The notes beneath the pieces are model-generated. The model was not told where the DNA came from. It saw nothing but the letters and a program-made list of their open reading frames with translations, and searched no databases. From NCBI GenBank assembly GCA_034414575.1, contig DAOULZ010000004.1:6417-70416 (forward strand): a stretch of 64,000 nt of DNA, in the 5' to 3' direction. Source of the stretch: Dehalococcoidales bacterium. Lineage in GTDB: Bacteria > Chloroflexota > Dehalococcoidia > Dehalococcoidales > UBA5760. Both the position numbers and the translations under genes were made by a program. This document shows, piece after piece, positions 17,234 through 23,933 of this stretch. The stretch's first letter is position 1, and the number at the start of each line of letters is the position of its first letter.

Positions 17234-17413
17234 GTTAGTTGACCCCCAATAGTCAAGGTTATACAGTAGCTTACTAAGTGTGATGAGGAATCAAGCCGAC
17301 TTCTAAAACTAGATTCAAGGAATCAGACAAAAACTTTCATCATAAATTTAATCGACAGCAACGGTCTGGTAAACCGTTTCATTATTCAAGCGTAATTCTA
17401 TTTTCTACGGGTA

Positions 17414-17442
17414 TTGACAATCACTGTTAACGGGAGTATATT
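17414..17442 (+). promoter_or_regulatory. Near-consensus sigma70 promoter upstream of leader copy L
   Basis: TTGACA (17414-17419), 17 nt, TATATT (17437-17442). Confidence 0.65.
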
Positions 17443-17468
17443 CTAGTTCGCATATGAATTATGCGGAT

Positions 17469-17550
17469 GAGGGGGCGTTGAACCGCCCCCTTTAACTGGG
17501 CACTTGGATGACGGGGAGCCAATAGTGAAACCGACCTCAAGGGGTCGGTT
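17469..17550 (+). ncRNA. Unassigned structured 5' leader, copy L (candidate cis-regulatory RNA or riboswitch with terminator-like hairpin)
   Basis: 82 nt, 77/82 identical to the reverse complement of 22249-22330. Hairpins: GGGGGCG/CGCCCCC; CACUUGG[AUGACGGGGAG]CCAAUAGUG; AACCGACC-UCAA-GGGGUCGGUU followed by a U-rich tract. Then AAGGAGG and ATG 17577. Confidence 0.55.
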
Positions 17551-17576
17551 TAAATGTTTTTAAAGGAGGTAAATAT

Positions 17577-17963
17577 ATGCCTACATTTAGACGTCCAAAA
17601 CTACCTCCCAAAGGTAAGTTAGCATTAGGCTTAGCACTAGTAATATGGTGTAGTTTAGCGATTTATTTAACAAGGATTAAAATTGTCCCTTATTGGGGTG
17701 GTACGGGGGCACTTTCAGTCGTGGGTATTATTGTGGGGGTTTCTCAAATACTAGGATATAGGGATTCTAGACGTTCTATCAACAAATACGCAAAAAACTC
17801 ACAACGGGTTAGCAAAGAGCATAGAAAAAAAGACATGGGAGTAGAGTTAACAGATACAGGTATAAGAGCCAAGCGGCGATTCAGGGCACCATATGTTCCA
17901 GTAGTTCATAAGGGCGAAAAACAAAGCGAGATAAAAACCAATCGCAGCTATGGAGTGTGCTAA
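17577..17963 (+). CDS. Small 2-TM membrane protein (hypothetical)
   Basis: AAGGAGG lies 7 nt upstream of the ATG. Two hydrophobic helices (LALGLALVIWCSLAIYL and ALSVVGIIVGVSQIL). The basic C-terminal half overlaps the convergent ORF 17847..18161, so the true end is uncertain. Confidence 0.5.
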   Translation: MPTFRRPKLPPKGKLALGLALVIWCSLAIYLTRIKIVPYWGGTGALSVVGIIVGVSQILGYRDSRRSINKYAKNSQRVSKEHRKKDMGVELTDTGIRAKRRFRAPYVPVVHKGEKQSEIKTNRSYGVC

Positions 17964-18161
17964 TGTGACCAGACTATGTACAGGTTCTATTGGCCAAAAG
18001 TACTTCGATGTTACGACTGCTACAAATGCAGCAATTAGAAACGCCGTTCCGATCAAAAAGAAATTCAATCTTTGGAATAAGCGATTAAGGTCAGAATCCC
18101 GCTTTGCTGCTTCGTCCATAACTGTGGCATCTAGTCTAATTCTGCTCCATCGACTTGTCAA
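17847..18161 (-). CDS. Small 2-TM membrane protein (hypothetical)
   Basis: 104-aa ORF with a TTG start; an internal ATG giving MDEAAKRDSD... is possible. Helices FFLIGTAFLIAAFVAVV and IAAIGFYLALFFALM. Overlaps 17577..17963 by 117 nt. Confidence 0.45.
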   Translation of the reverse strand: MTSRWSRIRLDATVMDEAAKRDSDLNRLFQRLNFFLIGTAFLIAAFVAVVTSKYFWPIEPVHSLVTLAHSIAAIGFYLALFFALMNYWNIWCPESPLGSYTCIC

Positions 18162-18742
18162 TACCGCTAGATACGAAGGACTATTCTAAATAGACATTTT
18201 CAGGTAAGGGAGGTATAACCCCCTGACTGCAATTACCATTTTCTAGAATCCACTAAACATAATACGCAAGACATGCATAGTTCTATGAAGAATAGGGGGT
18301 GTCCTCATACATAGCTTCAAGCTTAAAATGGTTAGACCTCAGCCGCGCGCACACGGTCAAAAACATTTTTGTTTTTACATAACGCAAAGATTGTGTTGCT
18401 TATCTAACAGTTTTTTCGTGCGTAAAACATAGAAAAAACAAGGGCAGAAATATAACCAAAAAGCCATATTTTAGGGATATGAATGGGGTAGAAATGGGTT
18501 ATGAAGTCAGGGATTATGTGAGCGATGGGTTTAACACTGGGTTTAACATTCGTGCTTAGTTCAGGTCTCTCAGACAAGAAAAAATAACCTGGGGGGCTTC
18601 CTCGGAGCGAAAATTAGGGAAAGTGGTCAAACCACTCTCACGAAAATACTAGAAATTAGTTGGCTTTTGGCTTGCCTTCTTCAGGGCAGAATAGAGTTCT
18701 TGCCTTGTTGTGGATAGTTTCTTAATATCTTCGTCTTTTGTC

Positions 18743-19066
18743 TTAACCATCAACTAACACTTTTCCACGCTGTTTGCGAGTTTTAGGCAGCACCTGTAAA
18801 TTCAGATCCAAAGCATGGATTACCTTTAGGAAAGTACCTATTCTAATATTGAAATCACCACTCTCCAACCTAGAGATAGCGGGTTGCTTTGTCCCGATGA
18901 TCCGTGCAAGCCTCGTTTGTGTCATACGCAGTTGATTTCTACGCTCTATCAAACTCTGTATCATGTCATACTTGGGCTTTAGAGCCTCGTATTCTTTGCG
19001 AATTTCTGCGTCTTGCAGTAATTCTGCCTCAAATTCCTCATAGCTTGTAGCTTTTCTGTTTGTCAT
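18743..19066 (-). CDS. higA: HigA-like antitoxin, XRE-family HTH
   Basis: I start at ATG 19066 (AGGTG 8 nt upstream): MTNRKATSYEEFEAELLQD... HTH segment is MTQTRLARIIGTKQPAISRLESG. Lies directly downstream of the HigB/Gp49-like toxin. Confidence 0.8.
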   Translation of the reverse strand: MTNRKATSYEEFEAELLQDAEIRKEYEALKPKYDMIQSLIERRNQLRMTQTRLARIIGTKQPAISRLESGDFNIRIGTFLKVIHALDLNLQVLPKTRKQRGKVLVDG

Positions 19067-19120
19067 TCTATTAGCACCTATATGAGTTATTATTGAATAT
19101 AACATATATGTTATATCGTG

Positions 19121-19476
19121 TCAAGTGCTAAATCTCTCAATATGGTCGTTCATGCGGCGAATAGCTATCCTTATATCACCTTCGGGAATTTTGTCTCCCT
19201 TCTTTTTTTGATAGCGTGCAATATGATAAACATACGACCTGTGAAAGCAAAGAAAAGGATACGATATAAATCTGAACCATGCCGTATCCTAAGTTCTCGA
19301 ATACCCGACTTATTTATTTTTCTAACATAAGGTAAACCTAATGTAACGTTATTGATGCGTAGCAATTTGAATACATGTATGATTTCTGCTATCGCCTTTT
19401 TAGATTCCCCTAGAATGAAATCCTTAACGGGTCTATTACCATTTTCGTCTGCGTAAAAATCAACTCGCCAATCCAT
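19121..19476 (-). pseudogene. higB: HigB/Gp49-like (RelE-fold) toxin, truncated by a frameshift in an A7 run
   Basis: From ATG 19476: MDWRVDFYADENGNRPVKDFIL...IRELRIRHGSDLYRILFFAFTGRMFIILHAIKK. The frame stops at 19171. One extra A in the run at 19203-19209 would restore ...KKKKGDKIPEGDIRIAIRRMNDHIERFST*, ending at 19121. That is the family-typical KK..K.P..EI..A..R tail. Confidence 0.7.
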
Positions 19477-19701
19477 ACCATGTAATATAACACAATGGGG
19501 CAATAATGCTTCCTTTTTCCTTATTGACACCCCCTCCCATCGCACGATAATCAGTTTGTATTATTAATCAATGCCATTTCTTAATGGTTTACAACCATTT
19601 CAAAAAATCCCTGCATCCAAGCCTCATTTACGTCAATCCACCCCCCTTTTGTCTTCGGATAGTCGCACAAGAAGAGTTCACATAACGAACCCAAACAGCA
19701 T

Positions 19702-20766
19702 TCATTTCATGTCTTCAAGACCTGGACCAGGGTCTCTAATAAGTTGCATTGTCTGACAACACACACCTCCAACTCCACCTTTAAGCATTTCACTCATCTC
19801 AGTTTCGATGACTTTGACCCCCGCTCTCCTCACCCTGCTGATTGTCTCCTTCGCACCAGCATGCATTATTACCTTTCCTGGTTCAAGAATGGTCAGATTT
19901 GGCGGCATGTACAGCTTTTGTTCTTCCTCAGAAGCTACTTCAATAAGTTCGAAATTCCGTGCCCTTAGCCACCTGATTGTCTCATAGTCACAAAGTGGTG
20001 GGTATATCAATACCTTCCCAATGTCCAAGGGGGCAATAATCATATCGGGATGGAACCCGTACTTTGGCCATTGCCATTCTGAAGCCCCTACCGCTCCTGG
20101 TACATTCATAATAAGAGCCTCTTTTCCCCCAGTTCTGTAGAAAACAGGGAGAAACTGGTCTAGCCCTTCCCTGTTGTAAGATACCGAGAGTGCGGTCACC
20201 ACAACATCCTCGCAAAGGAAACGAGAGCCACCCAATTCATTTATACCTTTACCGATTATTGTTAGCAGAATTGGGCAACCATGATTAACTAACCATTTTG
20301 CCAAGACCGGTTCAGACCCCTTAGAGAATACCTGCATACCATATCTCGGAATAATTGCCCCTCCCCTAATTACCATGATATTGTCCGGGTAACACATCCA
20401 ATACATAGGTCCGTAGATACTAATCGGAGGGTCCGGGTATTCGATATAATTGACTATGACACCTTCGCCCTGCAGGATTTGAGCATAGGCATCGTGGTCT
20501 TTCTGCCACTTCTCCACACTGATAGGCTCTCCCTTGGGTATCATGCAATAAGTTGGGTCCTGTAGAAAGAAGGGGTGGATCTCGTACTCAGTTGGTCTAA
20601 CAAGTGCTACTTCCCTTAACTTACCTATGCCGGGTGCTCCCCACTTTTTGCCCCAAATTCGTTCGTATTCATCCAAATAATCGACTTTGTCCCACAGATC
20701 AACCCTAGGTGGTTTCCCCTTTTCGTAAAAGGGAATATCTTCAAACCTATATTCTTTTTCTGCCAC
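19702..20766 (-). CDS. Guanidino-group-modifying-enzyme superfamily protein (amidinotransferase/arginine-deiminase-like)
   Basis: 354 aa. GTG start with AAGGAGA upstream. The C-terminal GGVGGVCCQT is the catalytic-Cys motif (compare GGG..HC.T). HPDMIIAPLD resembles the His/Asp motif. Confidence 0.65.
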   Translation of the reverse strand: MAEKEYRFEDIPFYEKGKPPRVDLWDKVDYLDEYERIWGKKWGAPGIGKLREVALVRPTEYEIHPFFLQDPTYCMIPKGEPISVEKWQKDHDAYAQILQGEGVIVNYIEYPDPPISIYGPMYWMCYPDNIMVIRGGAIIPRYGMQVFSKGSEPVLAKWLVNHGCPILLTIIGKGINELGGSRFLCEDVVVTALSVSYNREGLDQFLPVFYRTGGKEALIMNVPGAVGASEWQWPKYGFHPDMIIAPLDIGKVLIYPPLCDYETIRWLRARNFELIEVASEEEQKLYMPPNLTILEPGKVIMHAGAKETISRVRRAGVKVIETEMSEMLKGGVGGVCCQTMQLIRDPGPGLEDMK

Positions 20767-20862
20767 AGTAATTTCTCCTTATTCTGTTATTCGATCATCA
20801 CAATTCTTATCAAATTAGGACACCCTTAGAGCTTCACTTACGCACCTCATTTCTGTAGGTCC

Positions 20863-21999
20863 CTAATACAATGGTCGCAATTCCTCCTCATCAGTTACCA
20901 GAGGAACCGTTATCTCACCAGTGTAAATAAGCTGTTTAACCTCTTCTACTTTCGCCTTGATTTCATCTGGTACGTTTGTTAGCGGGGCAATAGGTGGCCA
21001 ATCCTCTTGTTCCAACAGCGTGGTACCTAGCTTAATGCCAAATGAGTAATGTGCTCGATGAATAGTCCCATCTATTAGTGTCTCCACTGCGTGCTCAGCA
21101 AATCGTGGATGGTAATTGAGGAAACTGGTTAGTGTCCTATCTGGAGCTAACTCACGCTGGTCCAGGACCTCTCCTATGAAATACACGCCCGCAGACTCTT
21201 GAGCAGCCTTAGCCACACCAAACCCACCAGCATCAGCGTAATGTGCTATTACGTCGGCATCTAGATCGATCATGGCTTTAGTAGCCTCATAGGCCTTTTC
21301 TATATCGATAAAACTTCCTGTGTATAGGACCATCAGTTCTGCTTCTGGATTAATGTATTCCAGCCCCAGCTTGTAGCCATACCCGTATCTAATGATCTCA
21401 GGATAAGCCTGACCGGCGACGTAGCCCACTTTATTTGTCTTAGTAATCATACCTGCGACTATTCCCGCTAGAAATCCGCCGTCTTGGTCTCTCATTTCAT
21501 AACCAACAATGTTATCATACGGAAAATCGCGTTCAAAGTCCTCCTCAGTTGGGCACCACATTCCAAACCAGACCTCCGGACTTTCGGGTACAGCTGTCAT
21601 AGCTGCCTCGTAGAAACATGTATCCATAAGAACAAGATCGTTTGCATCCGCTGATGACCTTAGAGCATTAAGAGTCTCCGGATAGTCAACTGCGTCACCA
21701 AAGACGGTCTCAACTTCAGGAAATTTCTCCTCGATGTGGAGATAAGCCATGTAATTACTCTCCCCCCACGACTTGTCGGTCATTGAGCTACCCGTAAGTA
21801 TGGCTACCTTGTATTGCGTTGGTGTTGGTGTTGTCGGCTCCGTCGGCTGTGTTGGTGTTGTCGGCTCCGTCGGCTGTGTTGGTGTTGTCGGTGTCGTCGG
21901 CTCTGTTGGTGTTGTCGGCTCCACCGGTGCAGCACATCCGCCAAGAATCAAAGACGATACTACAGCGATCGTTAATATTGGTACAATGTATTTGTTCAT
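20863..21999 (-). CDS. BMP-family (PnrA/Med-like) ABC substrate-binding lipoprotein with Pro/Thr-rich linker
   Basis: Lipobox LGGC, then a (PTEPTTPTQ)n linker, then a BMP-like fold (KVAILTGSSMTDKSW...GYVAGQAYPEIIRYGYGY). No permease or ATPase genes are adjacent. Confidence 0.7.
   Translation of the reverse strand: MNKYIVPILTIAVVSSLILGGCAAPVEPTTPTEPTTPTTPTQPTEPTTPTQPTEPTTPTPTQYKVAILTGSSMTDKSWGESNYMAYLHIEEKFPEVETVFGDAVDYPETLNALRSSADANDLVLMDTCFYEAAMTAVPESPEVWFGMWCPTEEDFERDFPYDNIVGYEMRDQDGGFLAGIVAGMITKTNKVGYVAGQAYPEIIRYGYGYKLGLEYINPEAELMVLYTGSFIDIEKAYEATKAMIDLDADVIAHYADAGGFGVAKAAQESAGVYFIGEVLDQRELAPDRTLTSFLNYHPRFAEHAVETLIDGTIHRAHYSFGIKLGTTLLEQEDWPPIAPLTNVPDEIKAKVEEVKQLIYTGEITVPLVTDEEELRPLY
21815..21922. 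repeat. 27-bp tandem repeat (~4 units) encoding the Pro/Thr linker
   Basis: The unit gttggtgttgtcggctccgtcggctgt is identical at 21824-21850 and 21851-21877. A third unit (21878-21904) has 3 changes, and partial units flank the array. Confidence 0.9.
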
Positions 22000-22248
22000 T
22001 ACTTACTCCCTCCCCCTTCTATAATATTCTCACCAAGCTCAACCTTTCTGCTCCATAGGCACTCCCGTTGATCTACTTCAGAGCCTTCTTATTAAGCTTG
22101 AGAGTCTTAGAGTCTATTTTCTTCGTTATGTAAGGAAACTTCATGAATTTCCCCTCGTCAAACACTAGTAATTTGCACAAAGCCGGAACGGCATCAATCT
22201 ATGGCCATACTCCTTGTATATCTTCTCGTACTACTCATAAATATAAAC

Positions 22249-22330
22249 AACCGACCCCTTGAGGTCGGTTTCACTATTGGCTCCCCGTCATCCAAGTGCC
22301 CAGTTAAGGGTGGCGGCTCAATACCCCCTC
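22249..22330 (-). ncRNA. Unassigned structured 5' leader, copy R (inverted copy of 17469-17550)
   Basis: The reverse complement matches copy L at 77/82 positions, with the 3' 59 nt identical. Lies 38 nt downstream of the minus-strand promoter and ~250 nt upstream of the BMP lipoprotein start (21999). Confidence 0.55.
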
Positions 22331-22374
22331 TTTACTTCAAGCACCGTATAATAACGTATGAAATTGCAGGTCAT

Positions 22375-22403
22375 AACATACTACACAAGCACGCTGTTGT
22401 CAA
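22375..22403 (-). promoter_or_regulatory. Near-consensus sigma70 promoter upstream of leader copy R
   Basis: On the minus strand: TTGACA (22403..22398), 17 nt, TATGTT (22380..22375). Confidence 0.65.
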
Positions 22404-22510
22404 CCCCCAAATACGAAGGATTGTTTTTTGAAATGTGTCTCCCAAATAGGGATGGTTAGACCCCTAACCCACGCATACGATAAAAACATTTCCGTAATCC
22501 CGTAATCCTC

Positions 22511-22819
22511 TTATTTTTTAAGTTCGATATGAACAGTGTCGACTACGATTAACATATTCAGGCCGTAGAATACCTCTGGTTCGCATTCTAATCGTCCAGT
22601 CCTTCTACTCCGTATCCCATCTTTCTCAATTATACAATCCTGCTGGGTAATCTCGACGAAATCCCGATAGGGAATTGAACTGAATCCAACTTCCGTCAAA
22701 AACTCGCTTACCTTTTTCTGCAGTTGCTCGCCAGCCAGAATTCGCTCTTCTTCCTCCTTCTTCCGTTGCCGATGCCTTCTGACGGCTTCAGTTCTGTCCT
22801 CTTTGTTTTTGTACGGCAT
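22511..22819 (-). CDS. Hypothetical protein (basic N-terminus)
   Basis: 102-aa ORF inside the island. No family recognised. Confidence 0.45.
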   Translation of the reverse strand: MPYKNKEDRTEAVRRHRQRKKEEEERILAGEQLQKKVSEFLTEVGFSSIPYRDFVEITQQDCIIEKDGIRSRRTGRLECEPEVFYGLNMLIVVDTVHIELKK

Positions 22820-22912
22820 ATCATTACTCCAATAAGGTCATCCCTAGTGGTTTAGTACTTATGAGAAAAAATCCCTTCATCCAAGACCTTTTTTCGTCAA
22901 TCCGAGCCTTGT

Positions 22913-23107
22913 TTATCCCGAACCAGCACACCGTTTTAGGAAGTCCAAGACCTCACTTGTGAGATAGACTCTTATTCTTTGTCCGAGATAGACGCAAGGG
23001 AATTCTTTCTCTTGACGTAAGCGATCTAATTGCTTTCGATTTACGTCTAATAGCTCCATTATTGCCTTTTCGCTCCATACCTGCTGTTCCAGCGGCTGAT
23101 TTTCCAT
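22913..23107 (-). CDS. Excisionase/AlpA-like helix-turn-helix protein
   Basis: I start at ATG 23107 (M42 of the track ORF). This removes the overlap with the divergent gene at 23136. AIMELLDVNRKQLDRLRQEKEFPCVYLGQRIRVY is the MerR/Xis-type HTH pattern. Confidence 0.6.
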   Translation of the reverse strand: MENQPLEQQVWSEKAIMELLDVNRKQLDRLRQEKEFPCVYLGQRIRVYLTSEVLDFLKRCAGSG

Positions 23108-23135
23108 AACATTATAAAGAAGTAAGGACAAAAAG

Positions 23136-23933
23136 ATGGGAAAAGGGCCCAATATAACCCCCGAGATTAGAAGCTCGATAGCGGCGATATATCTTAAGAA
23201 CAGAGCTGTAGGGCCAACCGAAGCCCGCAAAGAGTTGCTTAAGGAAATGAAGCAAAGGGGCCTTGACAGAAACTTTGGCCCTAACTACCCCAATGTCAGT
23301 ACAGTGTCAGTCTATCTAAAGAAATTCAAGGGAAATGATGAAGAGCGCTCGGTTGAATCAAGAAGGCTTGATGAACCCTGGTCTCTCGGATCTCTAATAG
23401 AGCACCCTATACCGTATGAGGCGTTACCAACAGTAATGTCAATTCGTAGAAAGTGTGCAATCCAAGGAGGTGACTACGACCTCACCATTCGAGAGGCGCT
23501 GTGGATTGGACGGTTGCACAAAATAATCGAGTTATATCAACCGGGTCACATTCCCCCGGACGTACGACATATACTAATGTCTGGAAAATGGAAAGATCCA
23601 GAAGGTGCTTGGCCTATCTCGAAAATACAGCCCAGCCTACTGACGGAAGACTTAATATTGGACTGTGCGTACTACTACTCAAAAATGGAATTGCTTTCTG
23701 AAATTGAGGGAGAATCGTTCGACAGCGGAGAGCTTGATACAGCCGTGATGGACGATGTCTACGAATTCTATGGCGAACGGAGACGAGATGCGATCTCACT
23801 GATTGCAGAGCGGTATGGCGCTGATGAGAATAAGCTCATGAAACTCAATCTATCAATACAGGAGACCGAGTACGCCGCTATGCGATTAACTGGATACCAT
23901 AAGGAGGCAGATAATGAGAGGCCACATACGTAA
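23136..23933 (+). CDS. Hypothetical protein translationally coupled to the integrase
   Basis: 265-aa ORF whose 3' end overlaps the integrase start by 20 nt. The N-terminus is HTH-like (ITPEIRSSIAAIYLKN...). No family recognised. Confidence 0.55.
   Translation: MGKGPNITPEIRSSIAAIYLKNRAVGPTEARKELLKEMKQRGLDRNFGPNYPNVSTVSVYLKKFKGNDEERSVESRRLDEPWSLGSLIEHPIPYEALPTVMSIRRKCAIQGGDYDLTIREALWIGRLHKIIELYQPGHIPPDVRHILMSGKWKDPEGAWPISKIQPSLLTEDLILDCAYYYSKMELLSEIEGESFDSGELDTAVMDDVYEFYGERRRDAISLIAERYGADENKLMKLNLSIQETEYAAMRLTGYHKEADNERPHT

Noticed and set aside
17469-17550. Leader element as a fluoride (crcB) riboswitch
   Set aside because: There is a superficial resemblance (GGCG.UGA..CCGCCC..AAC). However, the 3' GAUG...UCUAC segment and the pseudoknot partner are absent, and the downstream genes are not crcB or eriC.
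21773-22058. Two + strand ORFs (83 and 79 aa) rich in Val/Gly/Ser repeats
   Set aside because: They are antisense or frame shadows of the 27-bp Pro/Thr repeat inside the minus-strand BMP lipoprotein gene.
22073-22144. 23-codon Lys-rich ORF (MKFPYITKKIDSKTLKLNKKALK) between leader R and the BMP gene, as a leader peptide
   Set aside because: An SD-like GAGGGG is present. But in AT-rich sequence a 23-codon ORF is expected by chance, and I have no conservation evidence. It is noted only as something to examine if the leader is studied.
17469-22330. The 82-nt inverted copies as terminal inverted repeats of a transposon
   Set aside because: No transposase lies between them. Each copy sits just downstream of an inward-facing consensus promoter and ends in a terminator-like hairpin before a gene. 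That fits a transcribed leader better. The TIR reading is kept as the stated refutation test for the leader finding.
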